From an uncultured Candidatus Saccharibacteria bacterium (GTDB lineage Bacteria > Patescibacteriota > Saccharimonadia > Saccharimonadales > JACDBH01), in NCBI GenBank assembly GCA_965231105.1, contig OZ246417.1, forward strand, positions 36,094-100,093: DNA of 64,000 bases, written 5' to 3'. The notes below the pieces were generated by a model. That model was not told where the DNA came from, made no database searches, and worked only from the letters and a program-made list of their open reading frames with translations. The position numbers and the translations under genes are program-made. Positions 53,078-61,525 of the stretch are shown in pieces (the first letter of the stretch is position 1; each line of letters begins with the position of its first letter).

Positions 53078-54385
53078 ATGCTAGATATCCAAGTTATCCG
53101 AGACAATCCCGAAGCTGTCAGCGAAAAGGCAAAACAAAAAGGTTATCCCGTTGATATTCAGGAGCTTTTACGCCTCGATGGAGAGCGTCGTGAGTTATTG
53201 CAGCAAGTCGAAGCCCTGCGTGCTCAACGTAATGTAATTTCAAAATCTCCAAGTCCCTCGCCTTCGCCCAGTCCTTCTCCGGAAGCAATAGAAGAGGGTA
53301 AACAAATTAAAGTTGAGCTTGCTGAACGAGAAACCTATCTCGGCGATATAGAGGCTCAGTTTGATAAGCTTCTTAAGCTTGTGCCTAACATGCCGCTCGA
53401 TGATGTGCCGGTTGGAGCATCAGAAGATGAGAATAAAGTTGAATATGAAAAAGGGGATAAGCCTCGCTTTGATTACGAACCGAAGAATCATGCAGAGCTT
53501 GCCGAACAGCGTGGTTGGCTTGATAAAGTCCGTGCCGCTAAAGTTTCCGGCAGCCGGTTCGCCTACATAAAAGGGGATTTAGTAAAGCTGCAGTTTGCGC
53601 TGGTTAACTGGATAACTGACATCCTCACCGATGAAAAGGTCTTACGGCACATCGCCGACGGAGCTGGCCTTAAGGAAGTTTCCAGTAAGCCCTTTACACC
53701 TATTCTGCCGCCACTCATGCTCAAGACCGATGTCTATGATGCTATGGATCGACTTGAGCCACGAGATGATCGTTATAAGATTGAGGGTGAAGATCTATGG
53801 CTCCAGGGAAGCGCAGAGCACGTACTCGGCAGTATGCACACCGGTGAGGTGTTTGCAGCCGAGCATCTGCCACTTCGTTACTTAGGTTTTGCAACCAGCT
53901 TTAGAAAAGAAGCAGGCACATATGGAAAAGACATGGAAGGCCTTATCCGTATGCACCAGTTCGATAAGCTCGAGATGGAAAGCTTCACCGAAGCCAAGGA
54001 TGGTTTAAGCGAACATTTCTTCCTGATTGCAATCCAGGAATATATCTTACAGCAGCTTGAACTGCCATACCGTAAACTGCGTAAGTGTACGTTCGATATC
54101 GGTAAACCCAACGCTCGGGGTGTCGATATGGAGGTTTGGCTACCAGGGCAGAATAAGTACCGAGAGACGCACACTGCCGACTATATGACCGATTATCAAG
54201 CACGCAGACTTAAGACTCGTGTTAAAAATGGCGATGTTATTTCATTGGTTCACACCAATGACGCTACAGCATTGGCGCTTGGTCGTGGTATGGTCGCAGT
54301 TATCGAGAACTATCAGTCTGCAGACGGCAGCGTGAGGGTGCCGGAAGTACTAAAGCCCTATCTAGGAGGAAGGGAAAAGCTCTAA
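53078..54385 (+). CDS. serS: Seryl-tRNA synthetase with an (SP)6 insertion in the coiled-coil arm
   Basis: The sequence begins MLDIQVIRDNPE. Class II motif 2 is FRKEAGTYGKDMEGLIRMHQFDKLE and motif 3 is GRGMVAVIENYQ. SKSPSPSPSPSPSPEA lies at 53246-53281. A TATAAT (53066-53071) lies 6 nt before the ATG. Confidence 0.95.
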   Translation: MLDIQVIRDNPEAVSEKAKQKGYPVDIQELLRLDGERRELLQQVEALRAQRNVISKSPSPSPSPSPSPEAIEEGKQIKVELAERETYLGDIEAQFDKLLKLVPNMPLDDVPVGASEDENKVEYEKGDKPRFDYEPKNHAELAEQRGWLDKVRAAKVSGSRFAYIKGDLVKLQFALVNWITDILTDEKVLRHIADGAGLKEVSSKPFTPILPPLMLKTDVYDAMDRLEPRDDRYKIEGEDLWLQGSAEHVLGSMHTGEVFAAEHLPLRYLGFATSFRKEAGTYGKDMEGLIRMHQFDKLEMESFTEAKDGLSEHFFLIAIQEYILQQLELPYRKLRKCTFDIGKPNARGVDMEVWLPGQNKYRETHTADYMTDYQARRLKTRVKNGDVISLVHTNDATALALGRGMVAVIENYQSADGSVRVPEVLKPYLGGREKL

Positions 54386-54406
54386 AACAAAGGCTAAGGA
54401 GGTATT

Positions 54407-54775
54407 ATGATTCGCAAATTTGAACTTACAGGCGTACATGTAGATACCGACGATAAATTAAAAAAGTACGTTTTTAAAAGCATAGTGAAATTAGAACGCT
54501 ACATCCCAAGACATGCCCGCGAAAGCGTGCATGTGGATGTGAAGCTAAAAGAAAGCAAAGCACAGAGTGATAAAAAGTGTGTCGCAGAAGTGATTTTATA
54601 TTTACCGCACGAAACTCTTACTGCCAAGGAAGCTACCCTTAATCTGTTTGCAGCTGTCGATATCGTTGAGGCTAAACTTATTAACCAGTTGAAGAAGTAT
54701 AAAGAAACCCAAAGTAATGGCAGGCTGAGACGGCGGCTTACAAATCGATTCCGTCGCCGCGTTGCTGAGATATAG
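54407..54775 (+). CDS. hpf: Ribosome hibernation promoting factor (short HPF/RaiA type)
   Basis: The SD aaggagg lies upstream. The S30AE-like pattern reads ELTGVHVDTDDKLKKYV..KLERY......V.VKL, and a basic C-terminal tail is present. Confidence 0.8.
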   Translation: MIRKFELTGVHVDTDDKLKKYVFKSIVKLERYIPRHARESVHVDVKLKESKAQSDKKCVAEVILYLPHETLTAKEATLNLFAAVDIVEAKLINQLKKYKETQSNGRLRRRLTNRFRRRVAEI

Positions 54776-54869
54776 ACTCGCCTTAAAATTACTACCCACA
54801 ACTGAGAATAAATAGGGTACAATATATTGGTTGTATTACCAGTGGTGAGTAGAAAACAAAGGGAGTTTG

Positions 54870-57476
54870 ATGAAAAAGGTTTTTAAACGTATCCTGGGCG
54901 ACCCTCAAGTGAAAACCATTAAGCGCTTGCAAAAGCGTGTAGCCGAAGTTAATAAACTCGAGCCGAAGTATAAAAAACTATCCGATGCCAAACTTCGAGC
55001 GCAGACTGATGAACTTAAAAAACGACTGCAAAAAGAATCGCTCGACGCCATTTTGCCCGATGCCTTTGCGTTAGTGCGTGAAGCAGCCTTACGAACCTTA
55101 AAACAGCGACATTTTGATGTGCAGCTTATTGGTGGCATGGTGTTACACGAAGGTAATGTGGCTGAAATGAAAACTGGTGAAGGTAAGACGCTGGTAGCGA
55201 CTTTACCGGTCTATCTCAATGCGCTCACAGGTAAAGGTGTGCATGTGGTAACGGTAAACGATTACCTAGCTCAGCGTGACGCCGGTTGGATGGGGCAAAT
55301 CTATACATTCTTAGGTTTAAGTGTAGGCGTGATTATCCCTGATCACTCTTTCCTGTATGATCCTGACTATACCAATAAGGACCACGATGATGAACGTTTT
55401 AGGCACTTGCGGCCAGCAACTCGCCAGGAGGCCTACCAGGCGGATATTACCTATGGTACTAATAACGAATATGGCTTCGATTACTTACGCGATAACATGG
55501 TGCGCGAAACTGATCAGCTTCGCCAGCGCGATTTGCACTATGCGATCGTTGACGAAGTAGACTCCATCCTTATTGATGAAGCTCGTACGCCACTTATTAT
55601 TTCAGCACCAGCTGTAGCGAGCGGAGCAAGCTATAGCCAGTTTGCTCGAGTGGTCCGAAACCTTAAGCCCGAACATTATGAAGTCGATGAAAAACGCCGC
55701 AGTGTTATTTTGACCGACGAAGGTGTTGAGAAGGTAGAAAAAATCCTTGGCATTAAAAGTCTCTATTCTACCGAGAATATTCGTAACATTTACCACCTCG
55801 AACAAGCGCTCAAAGCAGAGCTACTCTTTAAGCGCGATAAAGACTATGTAGTGAGTACCGACGGTGAAGTGGTTATTGTGGATCAGTTCACCGGTCGTAT
55901 GTTGAAGGGTCGTCGCTATAATGAAGGTCTTCACCAGGCGATTGAGGCGAAGGAAGGTGTTGAAGTCCAAGAAGAATCCATGACGCTGGCGACCATCTCC
56001 TTCCAGAACTACTTCCGTTTGTATGAAAAACTTTCCGGTATGACCGGTACGGCTATGACGGAAAGTGAAGAATTCCATCAGATCTATAAGCTTGACGTCG
56101 TAGAAATTCCACCAAACCGCAAGGTAGTTCGCGAAGACCGCCCGGACCGCATTTATAAAACTGAAAAAGGTAAGTTTAACGCCATCGTTAAAGAAGTCTC
56201 AGGGCTCCATAAAAAAGGTCAGCCGGTGCTTATCGGTACTGTGTCCATCGAAAAGAACGAAGAGCTTGGAAGCTTACTGAAAAAAGCTGGCATTCCGCAC
56301 CAGATTTTAAACGCTAAGAATAATGAACGTGAGGCAGCGATTGTTGCCAAGGCGGGAGAAAAAGGTGCCGTCACGCTGGCTACTAACATCGCTGGCCGTG
56401 GTACTGACATTGTCTTAGATGAAACCGCTAAAAAACTCGGCGGTCTATTCGTACTCGGTTCAGAGCGACATGAATCACGCCGCATTGATAACCAGTTGCG
56501 TGGACGTTCCGGACGTCAGGGTGACCCTGGTGCAACGCAGTTCTTTGTGAGTACTGAAGACGAGCTTATGCGTATTTTCGGTGGTGAGCGTATTGGTGCT
56601 GTCATGCAACGCCTGAAAGTCGATGACACAACACCAATTGAGAATCGCTTGATTAGTAGATCACTCGAATCTGCTCAGAAGAAAGTGGAAGGCTTTAACT
56701 TCGACCAGCGTAAAAACGTTGTCCAATACGACGACGTTATGAACCGTCATCGCAAGGCAATTTATGCTATGCGTCGAGAAATTTTATTACAAGCTACCAT
56801 CGCTCCTCGTATTAAAGAATTTATTCGTGAAGAAGTGGCGCAGCTCGTGGCATCACCCGAATCGACAACTGATAAATTCGAGACAATTTTAACGGAAGTG
56901 TTTCCATTTGATGAGCCAACGCTGGATCGTTTATTCGATACCGAATCAAGCAAATTTGAAGATGTGTTAAGGACTGAAGCCGAAGAGCTCTACGCTGCAC
57001 GGGAAGAATCATTTGGCGATGAGGTAATGCGTAAAGTTGAGCGCGATGCGTATTTACAGATTCTCGATACCTTATGGATGGAGCACCTTGAGAACATGGA
57101 TCACCTCCGTGAAGGTATCCACTGGTTGAGCATTGGTCAGCGTGATCCACTGGTTGAATATCGTCGCCAATCTCAGATCCTGTTTGCTCAGATGCAGCAA
57201 ACACTGAGACATGATGTCTTACGCACACTCTTCCATGCGCAACCCGTTGATGAGGATGAACTCGATGAAGCCACCGAAACAGAATTAACGCGTGCTGCTC
57301 GACAGTCCGTTGATAACGCCAACCGCATATTAACAGGCGACGACTTTAATGAAGAAGATTTTAAACCTCAGAACCAAACGGGCTCAAACACAAAGGTAAA
57401 ATCAACGAAGAGTAAAAAGCAAAAGCAACGTAAAGCCGAGAGACAGCGAAAGAAGAAAGGGAAGCGAAAGAAGTAA
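54870..57476 (+). CDS. secA: Preprotein translocase ATPase SecA
   Basis: Walker A is MKTGEGKTLVATLP and the DEAD-like motif is IVDEVDSILIDEARTPLIIS. TGMTGTA and LATNIAGRGTDI are present. The C-terminus is a polybasic tail (KSKKQKQRKAERQRKKKGKRKK) instead of the usual Cys/His zinc-binding end. I prefer ATG 54870 over TTG 54867, with the SD aagggag upstream. Confidence 0.95.
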   Translation: MKKVFKRILGDPQVKTIKRLQKRVAEVNKLEPKYKKLSDAKLRAQTDELKKRLQKESLDAILPDAFALVREAALRTLKQRHFDVQLIGGMVLHEGNVAEMKTGEGKTLVATLPVYLNALTGKGVHVVTVNDYLAQRDAGWMGQIYTFLGLSVGVIIPDHSFLYDPDYTNKDHDDERFRHLRPATRQEAYQADITYGTNNEYGFDYLRDNMVRETDQLRQRDLHYAIVDEVDSILIDEARTPLIISAPAVASGASYSQFARVVRNLKPEHYEVDEKRRSVILTDEGVEKVEKILGIKSLYSTENIRNIYHLEQALKAELLFKRDKDYVVSTDGEVVIVDQFTGRMLKGRRYNEGLHQAIEAKEGVEVQEESMTLATISFQNYFRLYEKLSGMTGTAMTESEEFHQIYKLDVVEIPPNRKVVREDRPDRIYKTEKGKFNAIVKEVSGLHKKGQPVLIGTVSIEKNEELGSLLKKAGIPHQILNAKNNEREAAIVAKAGEKGAVTLATNIAGRGTDIVLDETAKKLGGLFVLGSERHESRRIDNQLRGRSGRQGDPGATQFFVSTEDELMRIFGGERIGAVMQRLKVDDTTPIENRLISRSLESAQKKVEGFNFDQRKNVVQYDDVMNRHRKAIYAMRREILLQATIAPRIKEFIREEVAQLVASPESTTDKFETILTEVFPFDEPTLDRLFDTESSKFEDVLRTEAEELYAAREESFGDEVMRKVERDAYLQILDTLWMEHLENMDHLREGIHWLSIGQRDPLVEYRRQSQILFAQMQQTLRHDVLRTLFHAQPVDEDELDEATETELTRAARQSVDNANRILTGDDFNEEDFKPQNQTGSNTKVKSTKSKKQKQRKAERQRKKKGKRKK

Positions 57477-57495
57477 TTCCTTTCGCACTTTCTTC

Positions 57496-58791
57496 ATGAA
57501 GCACACGGTTGAAAAAGTAGTCTTACAAAACGGCGCCGAGGGACTCTTAATCGATGTTCCTGATGCGCTGGTTATGAACTTTGAGTTTAACTTTCGTGCA
57601 GGCGAATATTTAGTGGATCCTAAAAAATGGGAAACACCTCATATCATGGAGCACATGCTGCTCGGCGCTAACGAGCTTTATCCAAAAGCCCGCGTGTTTC
57701 AGGCGGAGTTTGAGAAAAACGGTGCCTATAATAACGCGAGTACTGGTGTGTATGACATTACCTACGAAGCTGAATGTGCAGATTTTGAGTGGGAACGAAT
57801 TTTAAGCCTCATGATCCTATCCATTACCAGGCCACTCTTTTTGGAGGATGAATTTGAAGCCGAACTAGGGAATGTGCGCGAAGAACTCAATGGCCGGGCT
57901 AATAATCACTTTAGGCATTTAAGTCTCGCGATGCGTAAGTACTGTGGTTACCATGCTATGACTGACCGTGAGCGTTTGAAGTTACTGAGTAACAACACTC
58001 GAGACGATATCGAGGCTCACTACAAGCGAACACACACTCTGTGCAATATGCGCTTTGTGGTAGCGGGTAGCTTAAAAGGACATAAAGCTACAGTGCTTCG
58101 TATGCTTGAGGATATGAGTTTGCCGAGGGGTACGACGAGGATTCCAATGCCGCTTGAAATTCCGCGTCAGCTCACCAAGCCTTTGTATTTACGTAACCAA
58201 AGTGTGAAGAATCTGTACTTTATTCTTGATACGTTTCATTTAGAGAAACTAAATGAACAGGAGTGGGATGCTGGACAGCTTATAAATACCATGCTTACCG
58301 AAACGTTGTATTCACGGATATTGGGTGCAGCTCGTGAAAAAGGCCTTGTCTACAGTATGTCCTCAGGCTTTAACCAATTGACCGATAATGTGTCCTGGTG
58401 GTTTGGTGCACAAGTTATGACGTCTAATGCAAAACCTCTTTTTGAAATCATCATCAATGAGCTGAAGCGAGTACGTGATGGTGATATTGACGAGGAAGAC
58501 ATTGAAGCTGCAAAACAGTATATGCTGGGGCGTTATCAGCGTTCGGGACAAACGGTTGCGGGTACTGCGGCAGGGTATACTAGCAGGTATTATTTTGAAG
58601 ACGAGATTGATGATTACTATGCTATTCCTGAACGTATTAAAGCCGTAACCAAGTCACGAATCGTAAAGACAACTGAACTTATGTTCCAAGACAAAACCTG
58701 GGCTCTGGGTATTCTTGGTTCTACCGGACGGCCATTTGCTGATGAACTGCATGACCAGCTTTCTGTCATGTGGGAAGATGTTATCGAGTAG
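57496..58791 (+). CDS. M16 (pitrilysin/insulinase) family zinc peptidase
   Basis: The inverted zinc motif HxxEH reads TPHIMEHMLLG. The two-lobed length of about 430 aa is typical of the family. Confidence 0.75.
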   Translation: MKHTVEKVVLQNGAEGLLIDVPDALVMNFEFNFRAGEYLVDPKKWETPHIMEHMLLGANELYPKARVFQAEFEKNGAYNNASTGVYDITYEAECADFEWERILSLMILSITRPLFLEDEFEAELGNVREELNGRANNHFRHLSLAMRKYCGYHAMTDRERLKLLSNNTRDDIEAHYKRTHTLCNMRFVVAGSLKGHKATVLRMLEDMSLPRGTTRIPMPLEIPRQLTKPLYLRNQSVKNLYFILDTFHLEKLNEQEWDAGQLINTMLTETLYSRILGAAREKGLVYSMSSGFNQLTDNVSWWFGAQVMTSNAKPLFEIIINELKRVRDGDIDEEDIEAAKQYMLGRYQRSGQTVAGTAAGYTSRYYFEDEIDDYYAIPERIKAVTKSRIVKTTELMFQDKTWALGILGSTGRPFADELHDQLSVMWEDVIE

Positions 58792-58813
58792 AGTCCCCAG
58801 GTATACTAATCAT

Positions 58814-59899
58814 ATGGAACCGCTCAAAAAACAAATTCAAGAGCAGCTGGCAGTTATCGAGCAGGCAACAGTGCGCATTAATCTTTCCGAACTAGAAAAG
58901 AAACTCGAAAACCTTACCACAGAAATTGGACAACCAGACTTCTGGCAAGACAACCAAAAAGCAGGCGCTGTTATGAAAGAGCAGGCTGCTTTGCAAGCAC
59001 GAGTAGCGCCATGGCAAACATTGCTTTCGGAGGCAAAAGAACTCAGCGAACTTGCAGAACTTGGGGACAGCCAATTAGAAGATGAGCTCAAAGCACAATT
59101 AATAGCTCTTACGGAACACTTTGATCAGCTTAAGGGAGAGCTGCGTTTTAATCAGCCGCACGACGAATCAAGCGCAATTGTAAGTATATACGCTGGAGCA
59201 GGTGGCACTGATGCACAGGATTGGGCACAGATGTTGCTGCGTATGTATGTGCGGTGGGCGGAGAAGCACAACTATGAAGTCGTAACCATTGCTGAGTCGG
59301 CGGGTGAAGAAGCCGGGCTAAAGAGTGTTACCTTTGAGGTAAACGGAGCATTGGCATACGGCAAGTTAAAAGGTGAACATGGGGTGCATCGTTTGGTGCG
59401 TTTAAGTCCTTTTAACGCCGATAATTTACGGCAAACCTCGTTTGCCAAAGTTGAAGTTTTACCAAGAATAGATACACCCGATGAAGTGGTAATTGATGAA
59501 AAAGAACTTAAGATTGATGTCTACCGTTCAGGCGGTCATGGTGGGCAGAGTGTTAATACCACTGACTCAGCGGTACGTATTACGCACATTCCAACCGGTA
59601 TTACTGTGGCTATCCAAAACGAACGCTCACAACTGCAAAACCGTGAAACAGCTATGACCATTCTGCGCTCTCGTTTGGTACAGCTACAAATGGAGCAGCA
59701 TCTTGAAAAACTCAGCGACCTTAAAGGCATTAACCAATCAGCAGAGTGGGGCAATCAAATCCGCAGCTACGTACTTCATCCCTATAAAATGGTGAAGGAT
59801 CTTCGTACGAGTCATGAAACAAGCGATACCGAAGGTGTGTTGGATGGTGATCTCGACGGTTTTATAAACGCATATATTGACAGTGCTATCAAAGCCTAG
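58814..59899 (+). CDS. prfB: Peptide chain release factor 2, encoded without the programmed +1 frameshift
   Basis: The start MEPLKKQI at 58814 sits 6 nt after TATACT (58802-58807). The upstream in-frame extension to 58715 overlaps the M16 gene. The SPF region is RLSPFNADNLRQTSF and the GGQ motif is [26 protein letters not shown]. The reading frame is continuous: CTT TCC GAA occurs where frameshifting genes carry CTT TGA C. Confidence 0.95.
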   Translation: MEPLKKQIQEQLAVIEQATVRINLSELEKKLENLTTEIGQPDFWQDNQKAGAVMKEQAALQARVAPWQTLLSEAKELSELAELGDSQLEDELKAQLIALTEHFDQLKGELRFNQPHDESSAIVSIYAGAGGTDAQDWAQMLLRMYVRWAEKHNYEVVTIAESAGEEAGLKSVTFEVNGALAYGKLKGEHGVHRLVRLSPFNADNLRQTSFAKVEVLPRIDTPDEVVIDEKELKIDVYRSGGHGGQSVNTTDSAVRITHIPTGITVAIQNERSQLQNRETAMTILRSRLVQLQMEQHLEKLSDLKGINQSAEWGNQIRSYVLHPYKMVKDLRTSHETSDTEGVLDGDLDGFINAYIDSAIKA

Positions 59900-59907
59900 A
59901 GCCTCTT

Positions 59908-59916
59908 TGTTATACT
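59908..59916 (+). promoter_or_regulatory. Extended -10 element TGtTATACT, 7 nt before ATG 59924
   Basis: The sequence is tttGTtatact followed by tatgctt and ATGaaacga. It favours the second ATG (MKRFVALL...) as a leaderless start. Confidence 0.45.
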
Positions 59917-59923
59917 TATGCTT

Positions 59924-60799
59924 ATGAAACGATTTGTGGCGCTATTGAGCGTCCTGATGCTCCCCCTCATATGGGTGAGTGCACCAGTCTCGGCTGCGGC
60001 GTGTGAGAGTGGTGCGTATGGTACCGCCACCATTGCGATACCGACACTGCCTGCAACCGGAACCTATACGATATGGACGCGCATGCAGGCACCCAATGCA
60101 GAGAATAATCAGTATCAACTTGAGATAAATGGTGAAGCATGTTTTACAGTTGGCGGTAGCGGTGCACCCGCAAATCAGTGGATCTGGGTAGCATCCCAGA
60201 ACGGGAATGCAAGTAGCAAAACAGAATTTAATTTTACCCATACTACCGGTAATCAGGCACGCCTCATTGGTATTGCTCCAGGGGTAAAAGTAGATCGTAT
60301 TTTAGTGTTGCAATCAGACTGTGTCCCGACGGGGACCGGTGATAATTGTCGTCTTGGAAACGCAGTAGTTATCCAAGGGAGTAGCGGTACAACCGCACAG
60401 ACATTGCAGCAGCCCGTAAGCGGCAAGATTTTACCGGCAAGTATTCTTTCTGATAACCCTTCGTCGGTAAAGCGAGTGGTGTACTTAGTTGATGGCCAAA
60501 AATTGCAAGAGGCAGAAGGAGCGGTACCGCTCGACACAACACTTTTAAGCAATGGTGCACATATTGTGACGGCACGGGTAACCACTACAGACGATAAGAC
60601 CACTGACTACGCAACAAACTTAACGGTCAATAATGTCGAAACATTCATGAGTCCGTTGTATAGATGGCTTCGCCTGAACAAGCGTGCACTTGCATATGTG
60701 GGAGGAGCTTTTGGAATCCTCTCCTTTGTACTGCTTATTTTCTGGTTTATTAGAGCAATACACCTCGAACGTCAACGGCTTAAATTCCACGGCTTCTAA
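59924..60799 (+). CDS. Surface protein: CBM-like domain (paralog of the 30166 gene), a Big-like domain and a C-terminal TM anchor
   Basis: The signal peptide is FVALLSVLMLPLIWVSAPVSA/AA. The CBM-like domain reads TYTIWTRMQAPN..ANQWIWVASQ..GNQARLIGIAPGVKVDRILVL. The Big-like domain reads VKRVVYLVDGQ..LSNGAHIVTARVTT. The TM is YVGGAFGILSFVLLIFWFI. The track start is 59918. Confidence 0.75.
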   Translation: MKRFVALLSVLMLPLIWVSAPVSAAACESGAYGTATIAIPTLPATGTYTIWTRMQAPNAENNQYQLEINGEACFTVGGSGAPANQWIWVASQNGNASSKTEFNFTHTTGNQARLIGIAPGVKVDRILVLQSDCVPTGTGDNCRLGNAVVIQGSSGTTAQTLQQPVSGKILPASILSDNPSSVKRVVYLVDGQKLQEAEGAVPLDTTLLSNGAHIVTARVTTTDDKTTDYATNLTVNNVETFMSPLYRWLRLNKRALAYVGGAFGILSFVLLIFWFIRAIHLERQRLKFHGF

Positions 60800-60822
60800 G
60801 AAGCCGTAAAAGATAAGCGCTA

Positions 60823-60831
60823 TGCTATAAT
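60823..60831 (+). promoter_or_regulatory. Extended -10 element TGcTATAAT, 7 nt before the ftsE GTG start
   Basis: The sequence is taTGcTATAATcgttagcGTG, with no SD between the element and the start. Confidence 0.45.
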
Positions 60832-60838
60832 CGTTAGC

Positions 60839-61525
60839 GTGATACTTCTCGATCGTGTGAGTAAACGTTACAGCCGCAAAAGTGATGCGACCGCGCTGGA
60901 GCGTATCTCTCTCCATATTGAACCAAAAGAATTTGTGATTATTGTTGGCCCCTCGGGAGCAGGCAAATCCACGCTGCTTAAACTTCTGACGCGGGAGGAA
61001 AAACCTACCAGCGGGAAGATTATCGTTGGCGGTATTGATTATGAACATTTGAAGGATAAGGATGTGCCGCGTTTGCGTCGCCGCATTGGCGTGGTATTTC
61101 AAGACTTTAAGCTTCTTCCTAATAAGACCGTGTTTGAAAACGTAGCCTTCGCATTAGAAATTATTGGTATCAGTACCAAAGAAATTCGTCACACCGTTCC
61201 TCGGGTCCTTGAGATTGTTGGCCTCAAGGGCAAAGAAAAAAGTATGCCCATGGAACTCTCCGGTGGTGAACGCCAGCGTGTGGCAATTGCTCGTGCCATT
61301 GTCCGCCAGCCCAAGATTCTTATCGCCGATGAGCCAACCGGTAACCTTGATCCGAAGCATGCATGGGATGTCATCAGAGTTTTAGAAAAAATTAACCGTT
61401 ACGGCACAACCGTGCTTCTTACCACGCATAACCAAGAAATTGTGAATAAGTTAAAACGCCGTGTTATTACCATTGAAGGGGGCAAAGTAGTAGCGGACCG
61501 TTCCAACGGAGGATACCGGGCGTGA
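60839..61525 (+). CDS. ftsE: Cell-division ABC ATPase FtsE
   Basis: It uses a GTG start and begins [10 protein letters not shown]. Walker A is GPSGAGKST, the signature motif is [14 protein letters not shown] and Walker B is [11 protein letters not shown]. ftsX is directly coupled downstream. Confidence 0.9.
   Translation: MILLDRVSKRYSRKSDATALERISLHIEPKEFVIIVGPSGAGKSTLLKLLTREEKPTSGKIIVGGIDYEHLKDKDVPRLRRRIGVVFQDFKLLPNKTVFENVAFALEIIGISTKEIRHTVPRVLEIVGLKGKEKSMPMELSGGERQRVAIARAIVRQPKILIADEPTGNLDPKHAWDVIRVLEKINRYGTTVLLTTHNQEIVNKLKRRVITIEGGKVVADRSNGGYRA

Noticed and set aside
53246-53281. The (SP)6 tract read as a slippage-prone microsatellite or phase-variation switch.
   Set aside because: The twelve codons use mixed synonymous triplets, so there is no perfect nucleotide repeat to slip on. 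The gene is essential serS.
58715-58813. The longer prfB ORF starting at 58715 (MVLPDGHLLMNCMTSF...).
   Set aside because: The extension overlaps the 3' end of the M16 peptidase gene and has no RF2 homology. The conserved RF2 N-terminus begins at MEPLKKQI (58814), preceded by TATACT at leaderless spacing.
60789-60807. The hairpin acggcttc-taa-gaagccgt enclosing the stop codon of the 59924 gene, considered as a terminator.
   Set aside because: The 8-bp stem is real, but it is followed by A-rich sequence with no U-tract on either strand. The ftsE promoter follows immediately. I did not call it a terminator.
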